Part shown: positions 19,283 through 28,551 of the stretch, piece by piece
How the letters are laid out: each line of letters opens with the position of its first letter
How positions within the stretch are numbered: the stretch's first letter is position 1
Origin: a virus
Strand: one strand, 5' to 3'
Virus record (IMG/VR): IMGVR_UViG_3300023184_000082
Coordinates: 15,892 to 79,891 of that record
Length of the DNA: 64,000 nt
The notes under the pieces: model-generated
Seen by the model: only the letters and a program-made list of their open reading frames with translations
Database searches by the model: none
What the model was told of the DNA's origin: nothing
Position numbers and translations under genes: made by a program

Positions 19283-22200
19283 ATGAAATCGACCACAAGA
19301 AAAAGTTTGCCTGCCGATCTTTGGAAATTTCAGGAATTGGCAAGTGATTCGCAATTGAATCAAGCGCCAAGAAACTCCGTTGGATTTGTTGTGAAAAAAA
19401 TGGGCAAAATGGTCACCAGTGCAGATCTGGAGACCCTTGCTGGTCCACGCGCAACTGCCGAGGGACTCAGGGCGGCTCTTGGATACACATCAGCGCGAGA
19501 ACAAGTCGGAATGAGTGACAGCGCCCAATTGGCTGTGCTCCTGAATCGCATGAACAAGGCGCTCCGCAAAAGTCTTCCCTTTGAGGATCATCCGAATAAT
19601 TCATTTCCCGTGCGCGATGAACGGTATCGCTCTCCCGATGGAACGATTAACGATCACCAAAGTGAGCATACTGCGCGAGCCGTCAGTGACTTGAGGGTCA
19701 AGGAAGGAGATGAGGCCGCAGATGAATATCTGAATGACATCGCAGGGCAAAAAACAAATGACGCGCAGAAGAAGTATGAGAATGATGAGGTGCAGCCAGG
19801 AACAAAAGCTGCATCCGCCGAAGATGCTGATGATTGCGATCATCCCGGTGGAGATCTTGACAGTTATGTAAAGCCGTCGGCTCGTGCACGAGGATACAAT
19901 CCGCGCACAAAGCAGATTGATCCTGATTTGGTTGGCATGGACGAAAGGGAATACACCGAAAGGTTTTTTGGCGACAAGATTGCCGACGCGATCCACGGAC
20001 CCAAGGAAGGGGCAAAAGATCGTGGCGAGTATCGTGTAACACAGCGCGGAAAAATGAAGATTGGTGATTTTGAGAATTCGGCCGATGAAAATGGGGAGAA
20101 AACCGGAGGAGATGGAGAACTTTCCGATGAAGTGAAGCAAAATGGTATTTGGCCAGGTGGAGCAAGTTCAAGTCCGCCGCCACCCGAGGAATCCGGAAGG
20201 CCTCCCAGCAGGGCCGAGGAGCAGGAAGGCGGTCCTCCCGGGGGCATTGTTCCTTCCGAAAAAGACCCCACTCCCGACAAGCCGCTTTCTCCAGAATCTG
20301 CAGAACGTGATCCGCTCGCCGAAGCCAGACACAGTCCGGACGGAACAAAGGTCAGTGATCCCGCAAAGTTCAAGGCATTTATCACAAACGCGAGGAAGTA
20401 TCTGAGAAGCCAAGGGATTGGGACGAAAGTCATCAACAAGGCTGCAAGCATGGAAATTGCCCGAGGATTGCTTGCGGGAAAAAAGGGCGGTGGATTTGGT
20501 TCCAAAAGCATGGGAATGATTCATGAGCAAGCACAAAAGGAAGCAGCAAACGCCGGTGTGCGGAACAGCAAGCATCAAAGTGGCGACCCATTGCAAGGCC
20601 TTTCTCCCAAAAAACTGACAAAGTACTACGCCATGGCCATCCGATCCATCTTTGGTGCGCATAAGGAAGGCATGAAATCATCCCGTTCTCGTGCAACAGT
20701 CATGAGTGCGCCATCCGAAACTGCTCCCTCGGAGCCACCGAAGGATGCCGGGACTGTTGCCAAGGAGGCGCAGCAGCTGCTTGACCCGTCCGGATCCGCT
20801 CCGGAAACAAAGGTGTCAGACGATAGGTTGGCAAATTCGGTCAAGCTGCTTGAAGACCTCCAGCCAGACATCGAGGACGGTATGTGGAGCGACGGAAGCA
20901 ACACGGTGGATCTCAATCCATTCCTGACTGCGGACGGCCAGTTGAAGCCGGGGTATTTTCTGAGGATGGGGTCAGATAATACCCCGACGATATACAAATC
21001 ATTCAGGAAATCAACTGCGGATGGACTGCCTATTGACAGGATAACCGCAGACCCGGAGAATGCTCCGGGGGGACATCGAAATTATTATCAAGGATCACAT
21101 GAAGAAGGCAGGGGGCCGGGATTCCTCAGCCTGGATCAACCAGCATTCAAGCGAGACCAGAATCTCTCCAATGGCAGTTCTGTCATTGGAGATGCCGGAT
21201 TGCAACGCGAACAACTAAACATCTTCAATGATCGCCCCGACGGCAAACTGATGCCAGGGATTCCCAATGATCTGTCAGCTCCCAAGGATGAGCCGTGGTT
21301 GACCGTCAATCCCGAAACGGGAGACTGGGAAGGAAAGCTTACCCGATTCAAGTTGGGGGCGTTAAGTCTTCCTGTTCGCGGTGCGTATCATATTGCATCA
21401 CAGGCCTTGCGAGGATTGACTGGAATCAATTCGGATAACGTCCTGAGTAATTTGGGAGACGCAGCAAAGCTTGCCTTTCATGGAGCCAGACAGATCAACT
21501 TGGATCCAGAAGCATGGGAACATGCCCAGCATAATGGAAGACTCGTGCAATTGAACGAGCAAAATCCGTTACCAAATCCTCATGGAGGCCCCATGCGCGG
21601 AATGTTTAAAAACAACATGTCTTTTGATGATTGGGAAAAGATTGCACAAGATAATTTCCAAAACCCCGATCATGAGTACGCAAAAGCAATGCACAGGCTC
21701 TTGGCAGGGCATCCTATCACCCAAGACGCCTACAAGGCATATATGGCAAACCAAAACGATGAAAGCGCACGAGACACTCTGAAAGAGGCGTACGAAACAC
21801 TTCGCAAAGAATACTTGGCGAAAGAAGCAACTGAGCAGGTAACGGGAGTGCAGCAGGCAACAGCAGCTACATTGAATCAGTCTGTTCCGCCAACAGATCA
21901 AGCCCCGTCATTGGGTAACGGAGTAGGAAGTGTTGCCAGACAATCCACTTCGCCTGTGGCAGCAGCATTGAGAGGTGCTCAGTTGAATCCGCAGGCGGGG
22001 CAAGAATTCGAGGACGCAATTCAGAGGGCTAAGGCAAGGGCCGCCGCTCCCAGGTCCACGCCGGAGGAGCGGCGGGAACAAAGAGATGCCAGGAAACTCG
22101 CACAGGCAGCGGATGTAGCGGTTGCTCCACAAAACGAGCCACCTCCTGATTCGATAGGAGGAGAACGGTTTGGACTCGTCATGGGCATACTTAACGCTCC

Positions 22201-23125
22201 CGGAAGCAAGGAGAGTTTCTGGAATCATCTTCCTGACGAGTTCAAGCAGCTTGATTTCAAAGATCAAGTGAAACAATTCCAGTATGTTCTTGAGAATGTT
22301 CACAGCATTGACAGGGTATTTCAAGACCGCGAGGCGGCGATTTATAATGCCTCAACACAAGGGGACAGCCACGAAGTCGGCCCTCGCCTCGTAGCAGCTC
22401 AGGAAGACTTTGCTAGAAACTTACAACGCGTACTACTTCGTGTACTTGGCCAAATACAGCTTGCGCCTAAACCAGCTGCAGCACCTTTGGAAGAACCTGT
22501 ATCCCGTGAACGTCGGATCGCTCCGTTGCCTCAGCGCGAACGACCTCGTGCTTCAAGGCCAGAGCAAACCTTTTCGCCTGTGGCAGCAGCATTGAGGGGT
22601 GCTCAGTTGAATCCGCAGGCGGGGCAAGAATTCGAGGACGCCATTCAGGCCGCTAAGGCAAGGGACGCCGCCGCTCCTGCGGGAGGCCAGCGAGTCGGGC
22701 AGACCGCTGCCCGTAACGCAGAGCTTCAACGTCTGGCGCAGGATCGGGAAGCACGAGGACGATCACGTTCGCAGACAGCAGTGCAAACGGAGGAACAGCC
22801 TGAAACCAGCATGGCTGCCCAAACGATTGAACGACCCGTCAGAGTTCGTGCGCAGCCTATCCAGCGCACGGAAGAGGAAATTGACGAAACACTGCGACAG
22901 ATAGAGAGCATGCTTCGAAGAAAGGATTCCGTCCAGCGTATTTCAAGGACACTCGGAATAAAATCAGATCTTCTGAATCGTGTCATCGCAGAAGCCGGTT
23001 GGTCCGGATTGTTGCCAAAGCCTGCAAAACCCCGTCTTCGGGGAATTGACCGGTACAGAAGGTCTTACAATCAGGATGAAAGCCATTATGGCAGTCTTCT
23101 GAAATCAGTCTATAATTCATTATAA
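19283..23125 (+). CDS. large low-complexity hypothetical protein, probable internal head protein
   Basis: Start revised to ATG 19283 after GGAG (19273-19276), in frame with ORF 19181..23125. Acidic and Pro-rich tracts, an internal ~33-aa duplication, and K-S/K-A motifs at both termini. Confidence 0.75.
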   Translation: MKSTTRKSLPADLWKFQELASDSQLNQAPRNSVGFVVKKMGKMVTSADLETLAGPRATAEGLRAALGYTSAREQVGMSDSAQLAVLLNRMNKALRKSLPFEDHPNNSFPVRDERYRSPDGTINDHQSEHTARAVSDLRVKEGDEAADEYLNDIAGQKTNDAQKKYENDEVQPGTKAASAEDADDCDHPGGDLDSYVKPSARARGYNPRTKQIDPDLVGMDEREYTERFFGDKIADAIHGPKEGAKDRGEYRVTQRGKMKIGDFENSADENGEKTGGDGELSDEVKQNGIWPGGASSSPPPPEESGRPPSRAEEQEGGPPGGIVPSEKDPTPDKPLSPESAERDPLAEARHSPDGTKVSDPAKFKAFITNARKYLRSQGIGTKVINKAASMEIARGLLAGKKGGGFGSKSMGMIHEQAQKEAANAGVRNSKHQSGDPLQGLSPKKLTKYYAMAIRSIFGAHKEGMKSSRSRATVMSAPSETAPSEPPKDAGTVAKEAQQLLDPSGSAPETKVSDDRLANSVKLLEDLQPDIEDGMWSDGSNTVDLNPFLTADGQLKPGYFLRMGSDNTPTIYKSFRKSTADGLPIDRITADPENAPGGHRNYYQGSHEEGRGPGFLSLDQPAFKRDQNLSNGSSVIGDAGLQREQLNIFNDRPDGKLMPGIPNDLSAPKDEPWLTVNPETGDWEGKLTRFKLGALSLPVRGAYHIASQALRGLTGINSDNVLSNLGDAAKLAFHGARQINLDPEAWEHAQHNGRLVQLNEQNPLPNPHGGPMRGMFKNNMSFDDWEKIAQDNFQNPDHEYAKAMHRLLAGHPITQDAYKAYMANQNDESARDTLKEAYETLRKEYLAKEATEQVTGVQQATAATLNQSVPPTDQAPSLGNGVGSVARQSTSPVAAALRGAQLNPQAGQEFEDAIQRAKARAAAPRSTPEERREQRDARKLAQAADVAVAPQNEPPPDSIGGERFGLVMGILNAPGSKESFWNHLPDEFKQLDFKDQVKQFQYVLENVHSIDRVFQDREAAIYNASTQGDSHEVGPRLVAAQEDFARNLQRVLLRVLGQIQLAPKPAAAPLEEPVSRERRIAPLPQRERPRASRPEQTFSPVAAALRGAQLNPQAGQEFEDAIQAAKARDAAAPAGGQRVGQTAARNAELQRLAQDREARGRSRSQTAVQTEEQPETSMAAQTIERPVRVRAQPIQRTEEEIDETLRQIESMLRRKDSVQRISRTLGIKSDLLNRVIAEAGWSGLLPKPAKPRLRGIDRYRRSYNQDESHYGSLLKSVYNSL
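21949..22677 (+). repeat. ~100-bp direct repeat, two copies (21949-22050 and 22573-22677)
   Basis: TTCGCCTGTGGCAGCAGCATTGAG(A/G)GGTGCTCAGTTGAATCCGCAGGCGGGGCAAGAATTCGAGGACGC... occurs twice in frame, encoding SPVAAALRGAQLNPQAGQEFEDAIQxAKAR. Confidence 0.95.
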
Positions 23126-23144
23126 TTCTGCAAGGAGAAAAAAC

Positions 23145-23765
23145 ATGTCAGTGCTTGAAGGACACATAAAGAGGTTGCGAATCAAGACAGGAGGTCCTGA
23201 TAAACTAGCAGTGGATCGGGCAGCAACATCTGGAGGGCATCGATCAAAGAAATCCTATCAGGCCGTCATGGCGCCAAAGACTTCATCGCCAAGAACAAGC
23301 ATTGAAGAAAGACAGCGAAGGCTTGAGAAGTCCGTACAGAAGCAGGACGCCAAGGGCATCGGGCGGATCATGGAGCATATTGCCGATGTGATTGGGTCAT
23401 CCTTTGAGTCTCCCTTGATGATGCCAATGACTGGAGAGGGCAATCCTGATTGGGATGCTCCCGACAAGGACAGCTTTGTCATGATGCCGATCAACAACAA
23501 GAAGTCCAGTCTTCATGGACGATTTGTCATCTTGCAGAAGCTTCCAAATGGCATGTACAAGATTGCCGAGAAACCCACCAAGGAAAAGAAAAAGAAGAGC
23601 GATGATGATGATGACGGTGACGTGAACAAGGCTGGCATCACAGGCGCACGAAAAGTCAGGAGCGACACGGGCGCCACGCATCATTGGTCACCAAAGGGTG
23701 CTTCCATCCGCGGAGCAAGATCTGCCGGTCGGTCACCAAAGGGATCCAAGAGTGGTGCGCTCTGA
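23145..23765 (+). CDS. hypothetical basic protein
   Basis: Strong RBS AAGGAG, 206 aa, K/R-rich with a poly-D tract. Confidence 0.8.
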   Translation: MSVLEGHIKRLRIKTGGPDKLAVDRAATSGGHRSKKSYQAVMAPKTSSPRTSIEERQRRLEKSVQKQDAKGIGRIMEHIADVIGSSFESPLMMPMTGEGNPDWDAPDKDSFVMMPINNKKSSLHGRFVILQKLPNGMYKIAEKPTKEKKKKSDDDDDGDVNKAGITGARKVRSDTGATHHWSPKGASIRGARSAGRSPKGSKSGAL

Positions 23766-24358
23766 TGCGTACATCGCGAAAGGTGGGGGTACGGAACGCT
23801 CCCGCGTTAACGCCATCGGGGTTGCGGAGCAGCAAGCAGTCCGATCAGGGACGCAATGCAGGAAAATCGTACGGACAACCTACTGCATTGCAATCTGAAA
23901 AATCTCCCGCGTTGCAAAAAGCGACAAACATCGAGAATCAATTTCGATATGCATTGCTGAGAAAGGGTTTGAACTTCATCGAACAAGCCAACATTGGTCC
24001 TTGGTCATGCGATTTTTTTCTCCCTGAACACAAGCTGGTGATTGAAGCGGACGGGGAATACTGGCACTCGATTCCAAAAACGATGATGAAGGACAGGCGC
24101 AAGGATCTTTGGTTGCGATCACATGGCTATTCGGTCTTGCATTTTGAAGGCAAGAAGATATCTTCTGATCCAGATGGCTGTATCACCAAAGTGATACAAT
24201 TGATAGAAAATAATAAACTTTCCCTTTCTCTTGAGGTAGAAGAGGAGGAATTTTCAGAAGAGCCGGAAATAGCCATAGCAAAGGAACACGACGACGATGC
24301 AGAATACGAAGCTTGGCTCTCTTCCGGATCCATCGGACCAGGAGGAAGCGCTGGTTAA
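23765..24358 (+). CDS. DUF559/Vsr-like PD-(D/E)XK endonuclease
   Basis: Start at ATG 23765 (TGATG overlap). Motifs TNIE, FIEQANIGPWSCDF, LVIEADGEYWH, KDRRKDLWLRSHGYSVLHF. Confidence 0.85.
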   Translation: MRTSRKVGVRNAPALTPSGLRSSKQSDQGRNAGKSYGQPTALQSEKSPALQKATNIENQFRYALLRKGLNFIEQANIGPWSCDFFLPEHKLVIEADGEYWHSIPKTMMKDRRKDLWLRSHGYSVLHFEGKKISSDPDGCITKVIQLIENNKLSLSLEVEEEEFSEEPEIAIAKEHDDDAEYEAWLSSGSIGPGGSAG

Positions 24359-24599
24359 GAGGCTGAAGAAAAGTCTGCGTATTCCCCACATTTCCCACTC
24401 AGGCAATGCCGTTTGCACAAACCCAGCTTGCAGGGCAAGAATGATCAAATCAAATGCAGTCCTTGAGGCAAATTCAATCTCACATCGCGCAGTCATGATT
24501 ACTGGAAAAACAAAGATTTTCTTGATCGGCAAATCCATCATTGCCGAGTGTGTATGCGGAACAAGATACGACCTTGACGGTGCGTTAAGCGAGGAATGA
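24297..24599 (+). CDS. small zinc-ribbon protein
   Basis: CTNPAC ... CVCG cysteine pairs. The real start may be CTG 24351 after GGAGG (24341-24345). Confidence 0.65.
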   Translation: MQNTKLGSLPDPSDQEEALVKRLKKSLRIPHISHSGNAVCTNPACRARMIKSNAVLEANSISHRAVMITGKTKIFLIGKSIIAECVCGTRYDLDGALSEE

Positions 24600-24600
24600 T

Positions 24601-26061
24601 ATGCCAGTCACTGAAATGACCGTTGCAACAGACAAGACAGAATATTCAAGATACAATTTCAATACCCGGACCATTACGATTACCGGAATGGTGATTGCTG
24701 GACAGATTGCCGTAGGGGATTCCTTCGTCTTTTCCGTCAGGAGAACGCTTTCGGAAAACTGGCCGGAGGAACACTCCGCGCTGATGACCAAGACGGTTGT
24801 GGCCAATCAGGGTCATGTGACGGCACAGATGATCACGTGCCAGCTTGTTGTCGGATCAGACGACCTTGATGCGGATTTCATCGGACGGGCACTGCATTCC
24901 CAGTATCGGGTGAGGATTGCCCATGGGGCATCATACTGGCAATGCACATCGCTGATTTCCATTGCCATCATTACCACGAAGGAGATGCGGGATGAGTGGT
25001 GCTATGGAGCGCCATTGAAAGCCATGGAAGTGCTTGGCGTAAAATTCCAGCCGAGAAACATCACCGGATTCTCCATTGACGAAGTTTCAAACGGCGTGGT
25101 TCCTGGAGTGAAGGTTTTTACGCTGAACTACATCGCGCCCGTTGCTCCAGCCACCACCCATCAGTGGACGTTGCAATGGGATGGGGGAACCCCGATTTCG
25201 ATCAGTTCTCCCATCAGGCAGCAGTACCTGCTCCTTGATGAGACCAATATCAACTACATGCTTGTGGATATCAATCCTGCATACCTTCCTCGCGCAAAAG
25301 TGGTGGAATCCCTGCTTGTCTCGGAATTGGCCATGACAGACGAGATGATCCAGAGGAGGATCTCCTTTGCCATAGGATCAGCGGAGTCGCTGCTTGGCTT
25401 CCCGATGGAGCCGTACCTGATAACCACATTGCCTCGTCATCCCGGACAGCAACAGGAGTTGCAGCACCAAGTGGATCATTGGGATCGGATCGGCAGACCG
25501 GCAGACTTCATCGCTCCGGTTGACCTCATGATGTGGCCGACATTCAGGCTCCCCCAGCAATGGTGTCTCAAGCTGCATGAAATTTATGGGTACCATTCCA
25601 CCAACAAGATCGTGAAGGTGACGGAAGACTGGTTTGCCACCACGGTTGACCGGATGAGCGGACTGGTCTCCCTTGTTCCTTCATTGGGAAGTTTCGCGCA
25701 GTGGCAGGTTTACACGTATCCGCTGATATCTCCTTTTTACATGCGCCATAATATTCCTTCCTTCTGGCAGTACACAGGAATCTTCGGATTGCCTGACCTT
25801 GCCAATGATGGACGCGCCCCAGTGCGTGAGCTCATTGGCCGCATGGGTGCGACTTCCATCCTGATGGAAGCAGGGCGCGGGTACCAGGGTGGACTTTCAG
25901 GCGAATCGACTTCGCGTGACGGCATATCCAGCAGCCGGTCGTTCAATCCCGGCGGCCCCTATGCATCAACGATCCAAGCGCACCAGCAATGGATACAGGC
26001 TGAGGCACCGCGCCTGAAGAGCAAGCTCGGAGGCGTCCTCATCCAGATGATCGGGGCCTAG
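24601..26061 (+). CDS. head completion/neck (adaptor-type) protein
   Basis: The C-terminal GGLSGESTSRDGISSSRSF...YASTI pattern and the 'AIGSAESLLG' helix resemble large-myophage neck proteins. Located in the head module. Confidence 0.65.
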   Translation: MPVTEMTVATDKTEYSRYNFNTRTITITGMVIAGQIAVGDSFVFSVRRTLSENWPEEHSALMTKTVVANQGHVTAQMITCQLVVGSDDLDADFIGRALHSQYRVRIAHGASYWQCTSLISIAIITTKEMRDEWCYGAPLKAMEVLGVKFQPRNITGFSIDEVSNGVVPGVKVFTLNYIAPVAPATTHQWTLQWDGGTPISISSPIRQQYLLLDETNINYMLVDINPAYLPRAKVVESLLVSELAMTDEMIQRRISFAIGSAESLLGFPMEPYLITTLPRHPGQQQELQHQVDHWDRIGRPADFIAPVDLMMWPTFRLPQQWCLKLHEIYGYHSTNKIVKVTEDWFATTVDRMSGLVSLVPSLGSFAQWQVYTYPLISPFYMRHNIPSFWQYTGIFGLPDLANDGRAPVRELIGRMGATSILMEAGRGYQGGLSGESTSRDGISSSRSFNPGGPYASTIQAHQQWIQAEAPRLKSKLGGVLIQMIGA

Positions 26062-26062
26062 C

Positions 26063-26740
26063 ATGCCAATTGATATCCAGCAACATGTTCGCTTTATCCT
26101 TCGGCATGGTGATCGTGTCGTGCATTACAAGGGTGTGCTTTGTTCATGTTCTTCAACGGGAAGGCCGGAAGAAGCAGACCTGACGTGCCGGAAATGCAGC
26201 GGCCTTGGCGTATTCTGGATTGATCCCATCACCATTGTCGCGCTCATTCACGGACTTGATTCGGATCGGTCAGGCAGGATGTGGCTGCAAACCGGCATTG
26301 CGCTTCCCGAAGACATGTCCTGTTCCCCATTGCCAAATGCGCCGAGAAGATTCAAGGATTATGACAAGGTCATTCCAACATGGCAGAGAGGGTTTCCGTA
26401 CCCTGGGGAATTGCTTATTCGCGGCCAAAAGGATACGCTCATCTACAGGCCTGTCGGAAAGATCCTGCGTGTCTCGCAAGTCAATCCTGTCAGTGGCAAG
26501 GAAACGCTATGGGAAGAAGGTGAAGACTTCGAATTGCTTGGTGATGACAAAAAGAAGGTCGGATGGAAGGAAAACAAGGGTCCAGCGGCAAGCACGACCT
26601 ACGCGGTTCAGTATGAGCCTCGATTCGAATTTGTCGCGTGGAACCCCCCGGCTCCCAGATGGGAGCGTGGGCGCGATCTTGGGTTGCGGGTGTTGCTGCG
26701 AAAGATCCATCTCCCGTGGCCGGTGACCAACTGGGGGTAA
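26063..26740 (+). CDS. neck/head-closure protein with Cys4 motif
   Basis: CSC-x(n)-CRKCSGLG matches the CxC...CxxCxGxG motif of SPO1/Twort-like neck proteins. Confidence 0.65.
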   Translation: MPIDIQQHVRFILRHGDRVVHYKGVLCSCSSTGRPEEADLTCRKCSGLGVFWIDPITIVALIHGLDSDRSGRMWLQTGIALPEDMSCSPLPNAPRRFKDYDKVIPTWQRGFPYPGELLIRGQKDTLIYRPVGKILRVSQVNPVSGKETLWEEGEDFELLGDDKKKVGWKENKGPAASTTYAVQYEPRFEFVAWNPPAPRWERGRDLGLRVLLRKIHLPWPVTNWG

Positions 26741-26741
26741 C

Positions 26742-26782
26742 TTGTATCCCGGCTGCATTCATGGTATATTCGCGTCAGGAGG
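26742..26782 (+). promoter_or_regulatory. sigma70/SigA-type promoter plus RBS
   Basis: TTGTAT (26742-26747), 17-bp spacer, TATATT (26765-26770) with extended TG (26762-26763). RBS AGGAGG at 26777-26782. Confidence 0.65.
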
Positions 26783-26788
26783 ACCGCA

Positions 26789-27388
26789 ATGGTCGCAAAC
26801 AGAGGCGCATCGCAACCGTATCGCTCACAATCAGGCGGGAGGGACTCTGGCCCTTCCTACGATCAAGTCCTGCAGGAAGTCCGCAATGCAGGGATGATCT
26901 CCACAACCACCTCCGTTGACGTGGCACCAAATGCAGGGAATGAATATCTCTGCATTGTCCGCGCCGAATGCACGATGCCCCCACTCCGCGAAGGCGATCA
27001 ACCCCGTGTTTACTCCGGCCTTGGTGCGGCATATCCGCGCAAGAATGGACAGAATGTTGTCCATGGGGTTAGCAATCCTGCGTTCTACATGCACATTGCA
27101 GAAAGCCGCGCGAAGAAACGGGCGTGGATGGATGCAGTAGGACGTGGCGATGGCCTTGAGGAGAACATCCGTGAGGATGTCATGATGGAACGCGCTCACA
27201 CTTCTGCTGCCCGAGACGCAGCCGCACTGCCTCCGCCCCCATGGCAGATGTCTGACGAAGCGGCGCATCGCCTCGTTTCGCTTAGCACCTACACATTTGA
27301 AGAGGCGAAAGCCATGACCAAGGAAGAGGCAAAAGCAGCCGTGCAAGCCATCAATGCACAAATGGCTTCAGCCGAAAATCAAAATTGA
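26789..27388 (+). CDS. hypothetical protein, possible Rad52/Erf-like annealing-protein fold
   Basis: Motif YSGLGAA...MHIAESRAKKRAWMDAVG resembles the 'AETRAxxRAL' helix of Rad52-like families. Has its own promoter. Confidence 0.55.
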   Translation: MVANRGASQPYRSQSGGRDSGPSYDQVLQEVRNAGMISTTTSVDVAPNAGNEYLCIVRAECTMPPLREGDQPRVYSGLGAAYPRKNGQNVVHGVSNPAFYMHIAESRAKKRAWMDAVGRGDGLEENIREDVMMERAHTSAARDAAALPPPPWQMSDEAAHRLVSLSTYTFEEAKAMTKEEAKAAVQAINAQMASAENQN

Positions 27389-27460
27389 TAAGCCCCGGTC
27401 ACTACATGAATAGGGTATGATTAGTAGTGTAAAGAATTAGGGTCAACGCATTTACGCGAA

Positions 27461-27522
27461 GGGGCCGCCATTTACGCATTCTGGCTTGATATATGCAAGC
27501 CATTCTGCGCAATGGCGGCCCC
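27461..27522 (+). promoter_or_regulatory. long imperfect stem-loop in the leader of the capsid operon
   Basis: GGGGCCGCCATT...AATGGCGGCCCC outer stem, inner CGCA/TGCG and TGGCTTG/CAAGCCA stems, loop ATATATG. Confidence 0.75.
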
Positions 27523-27548
27523 TATTAATTTTGGGATAGAATTGATAT

Positions 27549-28532
27549 ATGAATCAAACAGATACCATTAGACAACATCGCAAAAGCCTAGCGGAAATGG
27601 ACGGAGTAAGTGCAACCTTTGAGGTTCCTCTCACGTATATCAAATCGTTTGTCGGAAACTACACGACATCGATGGGTGATATCAAGAAGGGAAGAATCAT
27701 CGAAGGCATTGCGTCTACCGAAGACATGGATCAGCAAGGCGAAATCGTTGTGCAAGACAAGATGGATTGTTCATACCTGCTTGAAAAAGGATATCTGAAC
27801 TGGAATCATTCCCACTCCCCTGAAGACCAGATCGGCAAGCCGCTTGAAGTGATCAAGCTTGCCGGAGGACCATCGACACCAAAGGGACTGCCGTGTACAT
27901 TCTTCCGCGCCTTGTTATTTGAAAGCATGCCTCGCGCAGAAGCCGTCTGGACATTGAGCAAGGCGCTTGAGGAATCCGCAGGGGTTGGGGAGGATCGACA
28001 TCTGGGGTTTTCGGTAGAAGGTGGCGTTCGAGTCCGGCACAACAATATCCTGATGGAGACCATGGTCAGGCACATGGCCGCTACGCATGAACCGGTAAAT
28101 GCACAAGCTGTGGCACGATGCGTCCTTGCGAAAAGCCAGGGATTCAAGGTAGATGATTCAGTACTCATCGATACCCTTGATGACAATGTTCCGCATTTTA
28201 TCTTCAAGAGTTTTTCGCAGCTTTCAAAATCACTGCTGTTCTCGAAGAACATGATGGTTGATGCAGCACCTGAGGCATCAATGAATCTTGGAGGCGCCAA
28301 GCCGCTCTTGACAGAAAACCTTTCTGGGGGGCGGCGCAAAAACAAGTCCCGGAAATCCTTTGCAGATACGCTGTATAGCGAATGCATCCACGGAAATACG
28401 TGTAAATCCGGAGATACATTCAAGAAGGGATATCAAGGAGCACTTGATCATCTGGTGTATTGCGGAGGGATGAATCCTGTGGATGCGGCAAATGCACTCT
28501 TGTCGCATATCCGTATGTTAAAATCCAATTAG
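27549..28532 (+). CDS. prohead (maturation) protease
   Basis: IIEGIASTEDMDQQGEIV, GYLNWNH (catalytic His), IGKP, LGFSVEG (catalytic Ser): HK97-family protease of SPO1/Twort type, upstream of scaffold and capsid genes. Confidence 0.9.
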   Translation: MNQTDTIRQHRKSLAEMDGVSATFEVPLTYIKSFVGNYTTSMGDIKKGRIIEGIASTEDMDQQGEIVVQDKMDCSYLLEKGYLNWNHSHSPEDQIGKPLEVIKLAGGPSTPKGLPCTFFRALLFESMPRAEAVWTLSKALEESAGVGEDRHLGFSVEGGVRVRHNNILMETMVRHMAATHEPVNAQAVARCVLAKSQGFKVDDSVLIDTLDDNVPHFIFKSFSQLSKSLLFSKNMMVDAAPEASMNLGGAKPLLTENLSGGRRKNKSRKSFADTLYSECIHGNTCKSGDTFKKGYQGALDHLVYCGGMNPVDAANALLSHIRMLKSN

Positions 28533-28551
28533 AATCTTTAAGGAGGAAATA

